From the NCBI GenBank assembly GCA_963809845.1, contig CAWELO010000003.1, positions 68,709-132,708 of the forward strand: 64,000 nucleotides of DNA. Direction: 5' to 3'. The position numbers and the translations under genes were made by a program. The notes under the pieces were generated by a model. That model had not been told where the DNA came from. It was given only the letters and a program-made list of their open reading frames with translations, and ran no database searches. Source of the DNA: an uncultured Verrucomicrobiae bacterium. GTDB taxonomy: Bacteria; Verrucomicrobiota; Verrucomicrobiia; Limisphaerales; UBA8199. Of this stretch, positions 45,413-53,718 are shown piece after piece. Position 1 is the first letter of the stretch. Each line of letters begins with the position of its first letter.

Positions 45413-47632
45413 TCAATTCGAGACCGCAGCAGGTGCGACGGCCGGTTTTCTTTCGAAGGCCATTACCATGGATCCTTTGGGATCGCTGGCTTGGAAGAGG
45501 GGCTGAAAACCGTGGGCGGCAGCCCAATCCTTCATGACTTCGAATTTATTCTCGACGACCACATAATCCAATGGGACGGGCGGATCGAGCACCCGGTCAA
45601 AATCGCGGCAGTCCACGAGGGCCACAACCTTATTTTGAAAGCCCCCTCCGAATAGGTAATCGCATTCGGCATTCATATCCCCCACAAAACCAATGGTGCA
45701 GGGCTGGCGGAGGCCGCTCATCAGTTGGGCGTAGATTTCCCGGTAGGTGTACTCCTCACGGATGTGCAAGTCCTGCTCGGGCTGAGCGCGCCACTGGTAT
45801 TTGGCATCGACGCCGTGGGCGTTTTGCAGCCGGGCGACGATCTGAAACGGCTTGCGCTCGGCCAAATCCAACCTGCGGGCCACATTCCCCACCCAGAAAG
45901 TGAGAAACATGAGGCCGCTGATGGCCAATACTCCCAAGGCCCCGGCTCTCTGCCAGGGCCGGGCCAAAACAAGCGCCGAGAGGGGGGCTCCCGCCATGAC
46001 GAACGGAAGCATCAGGCGCAGCACGCCGATGGACTGCCACCGGAGAATGAGGTGAACCATGACAAACGAACCCGCCGTCATCATCAGCAGAACCAGGACA
46101 TTGAACCGGTCTGTCGCCGCCCGTCCGGAGCCGCGCTGCCTTGGCGACAGATAGAAGACAGCGGCCAGCCACGCGGGGCCAAAAATGGCGATCCCAACCA
46201 GGCCAAGCCCCTTGCGCGGAGTCAACGAGCCAGGCTTGAAATGATAGTATTCGTTATCCTCGGGCAGGTCTTTGTACCCTCCCAAGGCCTTCACCGCATG
46301 CTCGCAAAGCCAGGCATAGCGGCGCTTGGCGGAGCCAGGTATCCAGGTGGTGTCGAACGCCAGCAAGGTCGCCCCGCGGCATAATCGGGTCCACATGGCG
46401 CGCGGACGGAAGTCTGTGGAGACGGTTTCCTGGATGAGGTGAGGTCCGCGAGTGTTGCCAAACCACATTTTGTTTGAGGCATAGTTCCAGGGCAGCCCCG
46501 AGCAAGCCAAGCCGGCGGTACCAGCAAGAGCCAGCGCCAAGGCCAGCCGGGGCAAAGAACCCTTCCGACAGCATCGTCTATCGCCAGGACGGATACTCTC
46601 CGGATTAGCGACCGCGCCCTCGGGCTCGATCCCGCTGCCTGACGCGCCCGCGCTTAGCTCTTCGGAATTGGCCGCGGTTCGCCGGAAGCCGCTCCCGATG
46701 ATCAAGACCGCCGTCGCCAGGTAAAACGGCGCCATGAACACAGTGGTATTCTTCGAGCCACAGGCCATCAGAAAGCAAAAGAGCGAGCAGGAAAGCTCGA
46801 CCGCCTGCTCTCGGCTCATCGCCACTCGCTGACGCGCATCCAGCAAAAAAATCAAGCTCCCTCCAAACCACAGCCCGACAAGGAACGTGGCCGAAGCCGC
46901 GTCCATCGGGTCCATGGCAAAACGGGTGCAACCGGCGGCGACCGCCGCAGCGCAGATGGAGGAGGCGAAGCCCGCTCCGATTCTTCGGGCCAGGGAAAAG
47001 ACGATCCACAGGCAGAGCGACCCAGCGCCCAGGGTCAGAAGGGAAGCCAGCCTCCAAGTGTGTGCGTAAAGGAATCCTGGCAGCGTCAGCGCCTCGCTTA
47101 CGAACGACAGCGACACGACCCGGGGGTTGGCAATGGGGAAGGGAGCGACGGACCGGTGCTGCATCCAAAAGACGGGCATCTCAAAATGGTAGGAGTCGCC
47201 GAATGGAATGAGCAGCCAACCCGCCAGGCAGGCCGTCAGAAACATCCCCAGCGCCATAATCCCCAACGCCAAAACCAGGAGATTGGTTCGCAGACTCAGC
47301 ACCTCCGACCATGCCCGCTCGACGAGGGTCCCCCAAGGTGCGCGGCCCATGGCGGGAGGCTTCAACCGGAGCGTGAGCAGGACCACTCCGGTGAACGCGA
47401 GATTGGCCAACATGAAGCCGCGACCGGTCAGCCAGTGGACCAACGAGAGACCCTGGACCAGAATCATCAGTTGGCCGGCCGCAACCGCCGAGATCAGGAT
47501 GAGGCGCTTTATTAAGCTATTCAGCGCCAACCGGCGCTCGATACAGCTTCCGGAAATCCCGCACAACAGATACAGAAAGATGGCACTCAGCATAATCTCA
47601 ACACGGCATGCGGGTCTCGGTGCCTCGGTCAA
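45413..47632 (-). CDS. large polytopic membrane protein, possible GT-C-fold (ArnT/PMT-like) glycosyltransferase with a C-terminal soluble domain
   Basis: 739 aa with more than 10 hydrophobic segments across the first roughly 560 aa and a roughly 130-aa soluble tail. The function is inferred mainly from the adjacent GT2 polyprenyl-P-sugar synthase. Confidence 0.45.
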   Translation of the reverse strand: MTEAPRPACRVEIMLSAIFLYLLCGISGSCIERRLALNSLIKRLILISAVAAGQLMILVQGLSLVHWLTGRGFMLANLAFTGVVLLTLRLKPPAMGRAPWGTLVERAWSEVLSLRTNLLVLALGIMALGMFLTACLAGWLLIPFGDSYHFEMPVFWMQHRSVAPFPIANPRVVSLSFVSEALTLPGFLYAHTWRLASLLTLGAGSLCLWIVFSLARRIGAGFASSICAAAVAAGCTRFAMDPMDAASATFLVGLWFGGSLIFLLDARQRVAMSREQAVELSCSLFCFLMACGSKNTTVFMAPFYLATAVLIIGSGFRRTAANSEELSAGASGSGIEPEGAVANPESIRPGDRRCCRKGSLPRLALALALAGTAGLACSGLPWNYASNKMWFGNTRGPHLIQETVSTDFRPRAMWTRLCRGATLLAFDTTWIPGSAKRRYAWLCEHAVKALGGYKDLPEDNEYYHFKPGSLTPRKGLGLVGIAIFGPAWLAAVFYLSPRQRGSGRAATDRFNVLVLLMMTAGSFVMVHLILRWQSIGVLRLMLPFVMAGAPLSALVLARPWQRAGALGVLAISGLMFLTFWVGNVARRLDLAERKPFQIVARLQNAHGVDAKYQWRAQPEQDLHIREEYTYREIYAQLMSGLRQPCTIGFVGDMNAECDYLFGGGFQNKVVALVDCRDFDRVLDPPVPLDYVVVENKFEVMKDWAAAHGFQPLFQASDPKGSMVMAFERKPAVAPAAVSN

Positions 47633-47771
47633 CGTACAGACCTAACCACGATAAACTGAACGGATCTTGGCATCGGAGCGCGCCTTAAGCATTTCTCGAT
47701 TCGATACAATGACAAGCCCGCCTGCTGTAAGTCAATGCCGAGATCCGAGGGTGGATTGATTGATTGAGGGA

Positions 47772-47847
47772 GTGGAGCCAACGGTCAGAATTGAACTGAC
47801 GACCCGCGCTTTACGAAAGCGCTGCTCTACCGACTGAGCTACGTTGG
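47772..47847 (-). tRNA. tRNA-Thr (anticodon CGU), CCA encoded
   Basis: The reverse strand reads GCCAACGTAGCTCAGTCGGTAGAGCAGCGCTTTCGTAAAGCGCGGGTCGTCAGTTCAATTCTGACCGTTGGCTCCA. It folds by hand into a 7/4/5/5-bp cloverleaf with anticodon loop TTCGTAA and T-loop TTCAATT. Confidence 0.93.
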
Positions 47848-48125
47848 CGTCCCGGCGGCACGAACGCACGCGTCTTGGCAGAACGCGGGCTCGCGGCACG
47901 CGGTTATCTATACTCGACGCCCGGCACGGAGGCAAGCGCGGCTCTCACCACGACCCACACAAGATAGCGGCGGTGTTCCGCGAGCGAGGAATGCCCGGCG
48001 TCGGAGGATTTGTGGTCACTTTGGCCCCCGGCCCAAATCCGCTTGCCAGGGCCGGATGGCGCGGAGGGGGCGGAGCGCGAACTGGCGGTGAGCGGATGCC
48101 CTCGAATCATGCCGCCAGGGGGCCA

Positions 48126-48153
48126 TTTTTCGCGTATTTCGCATATTTCGTGG
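48126..48153 (+). repeat. three 9-nt tandem units (T/A)ATTTCGYR
   Basis: tttttcgcg tatttcgca tatttcgtg. The same TTTCGTG motif family occurs at 56668-56755. Confidence 0.6.
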
Positions 48154-48283
48154 CCATGGCCCCTCCCGCATGGCCGTCGCGCGGTCTCGGCCCACGCCTG
48201 CGCGATTGACAGGCGGGTCGGCGCTTGGCAAAAGAGAGGGCGAGAATGGACAATCAAACTTGCAGTCCCCGAAGCGCCCGGCC

Positions 48284-49546
48284 ATGAAAGCGCTCGACCG
48301 GGTGTCGGTGTTTGGGCTGGGCAAACTCGGCGGGTGCATCGCCGCCACGATGGCCCAGCGCGGCTTGCCCACCGTGGGGATCGATGTCGATCCCGAAAAG
48401 GTGCGCCGGATCAACGCCGGCCAGGCGCCCGTCGAGGAGCCGGGCCTGGCGGAAACCGTGCGCGCCGGAGGCGAGCGCTTGCGGGCCACGCTGGACGTGG
48501 CGGAAGCGGTGGACACGGATGTGTCGTTTTTTATCCCGCCGTCGCCGAGCTTGCCGGACGGGAGTTTTTCGTCGGAGTTTTTGTTGAAGGCGATGCATCC
48601 GCTGGCGGTGGCGTTGAAGCGGGCGGGGAAGAAGGGCCATTTGTTTGTCTGCAGCTCCACCACCACGCCCGGGGCGTGCGACAGCGTATTGATCCCGATG
48701 ATCGAAAAGGAGACGGGATGGAAATGCGGGGCGGATTTCGGTTTTTGCTATAACCCCGAGTTTATCGCGCTGGGGAACGTGGTGCGCGGCTTGCTCGAGC
48801 CGGACCTGGTGCTGATCGGGGAATCGGATGGGCAGAGCGGCAAGGCGCTGGAAGATTTATATCGCGCTTATAACCGGAACCAGCCGGCCATCCGGCGGAT
48901 GTCCATCATCAGCGCGGAGCTCACCAAGATTTCGGTGAACAGCTTCATCACGATGAAGATTAGCTTCACCAACCAGCTCCGGATGATCGCCGAGCGCTTT
49001 CCCGGCGCGGACATCCACGCGGTGCTGGGCGCGATTGGGAGCGACAGCCGGATCGGGACCAAATACCTGCGGGCCGGGCTGAGCTACGGCGGGCCGTGTT
49101 TCCCGCGGGACAACCGGCTGCTGGCCTACACGGCCAAACAACTCGGCGTGGCCGCGCCGCTGGCGGAGGCCTCGGACCGAGTGAACGAGCAGACCAAACT
49201 GGACCTGTTGGAACAAGTCCGCAGCCGGGTGGGCAAGGCGGACACCGTGGCCGTGCTGGGCCTGGCGTATAAACCGGACACCTACATCGTGGAGGAATCG
49301 GCGGGGCTTTTCCTGGCGCAAAACCTGCATCGGCACGGCTACCAGGTCCTGGTGCATGACCCCGGGGCGACGCCGGCAAATTGCCCGAGCTTGCACGAGT
49401 TCGAGCGGCTCGAAGACCTCGCGAGCCTGAAGTCGCGCCCGGAGGTGAAGCTGGCGGTGGTTTGCTGCCCCTGGCCGGAGTATGAGAACCTGCGCTTGGC
49501 GCCCGGGACCGCGCTGCTCTCGCCCTGGGCCCAGCGCACGGGCTAG
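48284..49546 (+). CDS. UDP-glucose/GDP-mannose dehydrogenase family (nucleotide-sugar 6-dehydrogenase)
   Basis: ORF 48170..49546. The ATG at 48284 gives MKALDRVSVFGLGKLGGCIAATMA (NAD fold). The catalytic-Cys region is GLSYGGPCFPRD. Confidence 0.85.
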   Translation: MKALDRVSVFGLGKLGGCIAATMAQRGLPTVGIDVDPEKVRRINAGQAPVEEPGLAETVRAGGERLRATLDVAEAVDTDVSFFIPPSPSLPDGSFSSEFLLKAMHPLAVALKRAGKKGHLFVCSSTTTPGACDSVLIPMIEKETGWKCGADFGFCYNPEFIALGNVVRGLLEPDLVLIGESDGQSGKALEDLYRAYNRNQPAIRRMSIISAELTKISVNSFITMKISFTNQLRMIAERFPGADIHAVLGAIGSDSRIGTKYLRAGLSYGGPCFPRDNRLLAYTAKQLGVAAPLAEASDRVNEQTKLDLLEQVRSRVGKADTVAVLGLAYKPDTYIVEESAGLFLAQNLHRHGYQVLVHDPGATPANCPSLHEFERLEDLASLKSRPEVKLAVVCCPWPEYENLRLAPGTALLSPWAQRTG

Positions 49547-49605
49547 CGGGCATCGCATAGACCGGCTGGGTTTTCGGTGTGGTTCGGAGGGCATTCGCAT
49601 CCATC

Positions 49606-49891
49606 AGGCGTCGCGACGCGACGCATCCCGTTCCGGTGGCTGAATTCCGTGGACTAAAAGTCCACGGCTACCATCGGACGCCGCTACGCGGCGGAGGTGG
49701 CGGAGGTGGCGGCGGCAGCAGCAGCCCAGCCCGTGTCGCGGAGCGACAAACGATGGTAGCCATGGGCTTCAGTCCATGGATCGGCACGCGCCCCGGGCGG
49801 TCAGGCGTCGCGACGCGACGCATTTCAAGCCGGCGACCGCATTCCGTGGACTAAAAGTCCACGGCTACCATCGGACGCCGCTACGCGGCGG
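49606..49891. repeat. cluster of three three-hairpin elements (copy 4 forward 49606-49694, copy 5 inverted 49735-49822, copy 6 forward 49803-49891) plus GCN triplet tracts
   Basis: Copies 4 and 6 are identical over attccgtggactaaaagtccacggctaccatcggacgccgctacgcggcgg. Copy 5 is the reverse complement of the type-1 form. Copies 5 and 6 share the palindrome gcgtcgcgacgcgacgc. Confidence 0.9.
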
Positions 49892-49963
49892 CAGCGGCGG
49901 CAGCGGCAGCCGCAGCGGCGCAGCAGCGGCAGCGGCGTGTGAGGCTCGAGGGGGCCACCACAA

Positions 49964-50920
49964 TCAGGCGCCCACCGTGTTCCTGAGCACGGCCAGGCTT
50001 TTGGGCACGGCGATGTCAGGATTCTCTTTGCCCTCGAATTCCAGGCAGCAATAGCCGGTGTAGCCGGCCTCGGAAAGGATTTTGGCGATCCGCGCGTAGT
50101 CGAGATCCAGCGTGTACCATTCGCCGCCGCCGTAGTAGGTTTTGGCCTGGACATAGACCGTTTTGGGGGCGATCTGCCGGAGCTTGTCGTAGGGGTCTTC
50201 CATGAAATTGCCGGTGTCCATCAGTGCGCCCAGCCAGGGCGAGGGAACGGCATTGATGAGGCGGAGCTGGCCTTCCGGGGTGCGGCTCAGGCCCCAATGA
50301 TTCTCGAGCGCCATCACCACGCCGCATTCCTCGGCCTTCGGGATGCATTGCTCGATGCACTCGATGCACCATTTGAACCCGTCGTCCTCTGTGCAATCGG
50401 GCGGTATCGGCTCGAGACCGCGGGCCTTCATGAGATCATCGAAATCCGCAATGGTCTTCCACCGGCCGGAATTCAGCCGGATGCATGGGATGCCTAGTTC
50501 ATGGGCGATTTCCAGGCATTTATGGGTGTGCTCGACCTGCTTTTGGCGGTCGGCGGCGGTCTTCTGGACGAAATCCTGGTGAATGGACAGGCAAACCAGG
50601 TCGATGCCGTTGCGGAAGGCATGGCGCTTGAGCTTTTGCAGATAGCGCCGGTGCTCGGCGGTCAGCGGCTCCTTTTCCGGAATGTCCATCTGCCGGTGGA
50701 GGATGTCCACCCCTTGGGCGCCGAAGTGAGCGGCTTTTTCGATAACCGTTTCAATCGAGACCTTCGGGTCGCGAAAGTGCCAGTAGGAATAGGTGCAGAG
50801 GCCGAGCCGGATGCGCTGTGAATGGGTTTCCGGACCGGGAGCGGAATCCTGGCCGTGCGCGCCGAGCGCCACCCCGGCGCCCAGGCACCCCGCCGTCGAG
50901 AAAAAGGAGCGTCGATTCAT
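49964..50920 (-). CDS. Tat-signal sugar phosphate isomerase/epimerase family protein (xylose isomerase-like TIM barrel)
   Basis: ORF 49964..51103. The internal ATG at 50920 gives MNRRSFFSTAGCLGAGVALGAHG (Tat signal), followed by a TIM-barrel pattern (LGLCTYSY...ALENHWG). Confidence 0.8.
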   Translation of the reverse strand: MNRRSFFSTAGCLGAGVALGAHGQDSAPGPETHSQRIRLGLCTYSYWHFRDPKVSIETVIEKAAHFGAQGVDILHRQMDIPEKEPLTAEHRRYLQKLKRHAFRNGIDLVCLSIHQDFVQKTAADRQKQVEHTHKCLEIAHELGIPCIRLNSGRWKTIADFDDLMKARGLEPIPPDCTEDDGFKWCIECIEQCIPKAEECGVVMALENHWGLSRTPEGQLRLINAVPSPWLGALMDTGNFMEDPYDKLRQIAPKTVYVQAKTYYGGGEWYTLDLDYARIAKILSEAGYTGYCCLEFEGKENPDIAVPKSLAVLRNTVGA

Positions 50921-51340
50921 GCGGCCATCATGGCCAGAGCCGCGCGGGTTGGCAACCGTGGAAGGGACGGGGTCGTGACGCGACGGGCGTCCGATCGGGA
51001 GGCCGAGGAGCCGGAGGACTGGGACAAACCGCCTGGGGGCACAACCGTGACGCGCGAACGAGAAGATCCCCCATGAAAAAGCCAGGGCGGCAACGGTTCG
51101 CAACTTAAAGCCCGCTACCCGTTACCGCCCCGACCAGTCAAAAACCAGCCTCCCGAGGCTGTACCGTTTATTCGACCCCTTTCTACCGCAGTTCCCCTGC
51201 GCGGTCACTGTGCGTTTCGACGCACACCCCCTAATAAGGCTGGGCTTCGGACTCTCTGTGCGTTGCGGGGGGATCGGGGGTTGAGAGGGCTTGGGGACGT
51301 TGGGGGTGGGAGACGCCTTATTAGTTTTGCGCTTCGCGCG

Positions 51341-51391
51341 GAGGGCGGAGGGCGGAGGACAGAGGACAGAGGGCGGAGGGACGGAGGGGGA
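51341..51391 (+). repeat. purine-rich repeat, second copy of the 13514-13600 motif, preceded by a G-run tract (51267-51310)
   Basis: ggagggcggagggcggaggacagaggacagagggcggagggacggaggggg. Confidence 0.8.
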
Positions 51392-51522
51392 ATGCGCGGC
51401 GCGCGTGCCTGCAAGCGCGGCAAAGCTTGACTTGTCCCCCACGTGTTTTCAGATTCAAGGGGTCCGGTCGTAAGACCACCGAATCAAGGCTTTAAGCGTG
51501 GTTGGTTTTGGAATCGAAAGAA

Positions 51523-52299
51523 ATGCAAACGATGTTACTCGACGGCAAGCTGGGAATTGTCTTTGGCGTGGCCAATAAGCGCTCGATCGCCTGGGCCATC
51601 GCCCAGGCCTGGCACAAAGCCGGAGCACGCCTGGCCTTCACCTACCAGGGTGAGCGACTAAAGGAAAACGTCGAGGAACTGGCCGGGAGTTTCGGGGCGG
51701 ATACCATGATATTGCCTTGCGACGTAACCCGGGACGACCAGATCGAGAGCGTGTTTAAAACTGTCGGCGAGAAGTTCGGCAAACTACACCTGCTGCTGCA
51801 CTCGGTCGCCTTCGCGCCGAAGGACGCCCTCGAAGGCGAATTCCTCAACACGAGCCGCGAGGCCTACCGAATCGCGCACGAAGTGAGCGCCTACTCGCTG
51901 GTGGGATTGGCCCGCGCGGCGGCGCCGCTGATGACCGAGGGCGGGAGCATGGTGGGCATGAGCTATTACGGCGCCGAGAAGGTGGTGCCGCACTACAACG
52001 TGATGGGTGTGGCCAAAGCCTCGCTGGAAGCCTGCACTCGGTACCTGGCCTATGACCTGGGCCCCCGGAAGATCCGGGTCAACTGCATCAGCGCCGGGCC
52101 CGTCAATACCCTGGCAGCGCGTGGCATCGCCGGGTTCAACGAAATGCTCAAGCACTACGAGGCGCACGCGCCGCTGAAGCGAAACGTCCTGCCCGAAGAA
52201 CTGGGAGCCACCGGACTATTCCTCGCCAGCGACGGCGCGGCAGCCATCACGGGCCAGGTGCTTTACGTGGATTGCGGGTACCAGATTATGGGGATGTAG
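51523..52299 (+). CDS. fabI: enoyl-[acyl-carrier-protein] reductase (NADH), FabI
   Basis: MQTMLLDGKLGIVFGVANKRSIAWAIAQAWHKAGARLAFTY...YNVMGVAKASLEA (the Y-x6-K region) is a classic FabI pattern. Either ATG 51523 or 51532 is possible. Confidence 0.92.
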   Translation: MQTMLLDGKLGIVFGVANKRSIAWAIAQAWHKAGARLAFTYQGERLKENVEELAGSFGADTMILPCDVTRDDQIESVFKTVGEKFGKLHLLLHSVAFAPKDALEGEFLNTSREAYRIAHEVSAYSLVGLARAAAPLMTEGGSMVGMSYYGAEKVVPHYNVMGVAKASLEACTRYLAYDLGPRKIRVNCISAGPVNTLAARGIAGFNEMLKHYEAHAPLKRNVLPEELGATGLFLASDGAAAITGQVLYVDCGYQIMGM

Positions 52300-52302
52300 G
52301 GG

Positions 52303-52340
52303 CGTAAGACGTAACAACGTAATAACGTAACAACGTAAGG
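52303..52340 (+). repeat. five tandem CGTAA-containing 7-8-nt units directly after the fabI stop
   Basis: cgtaaga cgtaacaa cgtaataa cgtaacaa cgtaagg. Confidence 0.75.
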
Positions 52341-52416
52341 ATGGGCGGGGGGAGAGGGCTTGACAGGGGGTGGAATCGGGGGGATCTTGTTGCAAGAACT
52401 TGCCGCAGGAATAGTT

Positions 52417-53384
52417 ATGAAGCTTTTGAAACCCGGACGGAATCCATTGGGCGATTGGGGGAGGAGATTTACCTTAGTCGCAGCCGTGGCCGGGGTGGCT
52501 GGGGCCGGTCCGGGGCAAGCCCTGGCGACCGACACCATCGCTCCCATATCGGTCCAAGCCCAAGCGGCTCCCATTCCGCGCTACTCGCCCGGCATCCGTG
52601 AGATTCTCAAGATGCTGGACGCTAAAGTCGATCCGCAGGTGGTCAGGGCATACATCCAGAACTCGACCACCGCGTATTCCCTGAGCGCCCAGGACATCAT
52701 CGACCTCAAACAGCGGGGCGTTCCCGATGACGTTCTCACGTCGATGATGCAGCATGGCGCGGAGGTGAGGGCTCGGTCCATGCCGGCGGCGCAGCCGTAC
52801 TCAGCGCTGCCGCTCCGCAATATGCTCCGCAGTACGCTCCGGCGGCTCCCGCGCCGGATGCCAACGCCTATGCCACGGCGCCCGGGTATGGCTACGACTA
52901 CGGGGATTATGGCTATCCCGCATACGATTATTCGTATTATTCCGGCTATCCCTACGGCTCGTACTACGGCTACCCGTACAACGGGTGGGGAGTCGGCTAC
53001 GGCTATCCCTGGTACGGGTTCTATTCCCCCTTCTTCTTCGACGCGGATGGGTATCGTCATTTCCGCGGGTATGGCGGCGACCGGTTTGGCCACTATCGCG
53101 GATACGGCGGCAATCGAGGGTTCGGCGGACGGTATGGCGGTGCCTATGGGGGACGCTCCCGCGGCTCAGCCTGGCAGCCGGTCGGCACCTATGCGGGACG
53201 CGGCGGAGGCAGCGCCTTCGGCCCGGTTCGCAGTTACGCGGCCCGCCCCGCAGGCGGATTTGCCGGGCATTCCATGTCGTTTGGCGCTCGCAGCGGAGGG
53301 TTCCGCGGCGGAGGCGGATTCGGCGGGGGTTTTCGCGGGGGAGGCGGATTCGGCGGGCACAGTGGCGGCGGCGGACATCGCTGA
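52417..53384 (+). pseudogene. secreted protein: signal peptide + small two-repeat helical domain (frame 1) joined by a frameshift near 52795-52812 to a roughly 190-aa Tyr/Gly/Arg/Phe-rich low-complexity tail (frame 3)
   Basis: Frame 1 from ATG 52417 gives MKLLKPGRNPLGDWGRRFTLVAAVAGVAGAGPGQALA...IREILKMLDAKVDPQVVRAYIQNS...DIIDLKQRGVPDDVLTSMMQHG. Frame 3 (open 52731-53384, no start codon, so absent from the track) gives ...APQYAPQYAPAAPAPDANAYATAPGYGYDYGDYGYPAYDYSYYSGYPYGSYYGYPYNGWGVGYGYPWYGF...GGFRGGGGFGGGFRGGGGFGGHSGGGGHR*, hand-translated codon by codon. The frameshift may be an assembly indel. Confidence 0.6.
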
Positions 53385-53421
53385 AAACTTCGAGCCTGCC
53401 GGCGCGGTGCTGCGGGGCTCG

Positions 53422-53718
53422 TCAATGGCCAGTCTTGGCCCGACAATCCGTGCAAAGGAATGAGCGTCCATCGAAGAGGATGTTGAAAGGTGAAACCAGC
53501 CGGGCGCAGCCGTCGCAGGTTTCCAAAATTTCCTTCGGTTCCACCTCCTCGATTTCCAGCGCCAGGCCCTGGGTCTTACGAATAATCTCGAGTTGCTCGG
53601 CAACCCGATGTTCGAGGTAATCAAACACAATCGCCTGGGTACAATCGTCGGAAAACCCCACGTCGGACGCTCCTGCGGCAAGATACTTCCCCTCGTGGTT
53701 GCGAATCCGCACTTTCAT
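53422..53718 (-). CDS. small hypothetical protein with C-terminal CxxC...CxxC zinc-ribbon-like motif
   Basis: ORF 53422..53823. The internal ATG at 53718 gives MKVRIRNHEGKYLAAGASDVGFSDDCTQAIVFDYLEHRVAEQLEIIRKTQGLALEIEEVEPKEILETCDGCARLVSPFNILFDGRSFLCTDCRAKTGH. Confidence 0.55.
   Translation of the reverse strand: MKVRIRNHEGKYLAAGASDVGFSDDCTQAIVFDYLEHRVAEQLEIIRKTQGLALEIEEVEPKEILETCDGCARLVSPFNILFDGRSFLCTDCRAKTGH

Noticed and set aside
49600-49960. Possible CRISPR array (repeated palindromic units)
   Set aside because: The units occur in both orientations, are about 85-90 nt multi-hairpin elements rather than 28-37-nt direct repeats, and the spacing is irregular. The sequences between them are GCN triplet tracts, and there are no cas genes in the window.
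52810-53463. C-terminal half of the 367-aa frame-1 ORF
   Set aside because: Its composition (…RRLPRRMPTPMPRRPGMATTTGIMAIPHTIIRIIPAIPTARTTATRTT…) looks like an off-frame reading of a Tyr/Gly codon repeat. Frame 3 over the same DNA gives a coherent YG/RGG-rich sequence ending at 53384.
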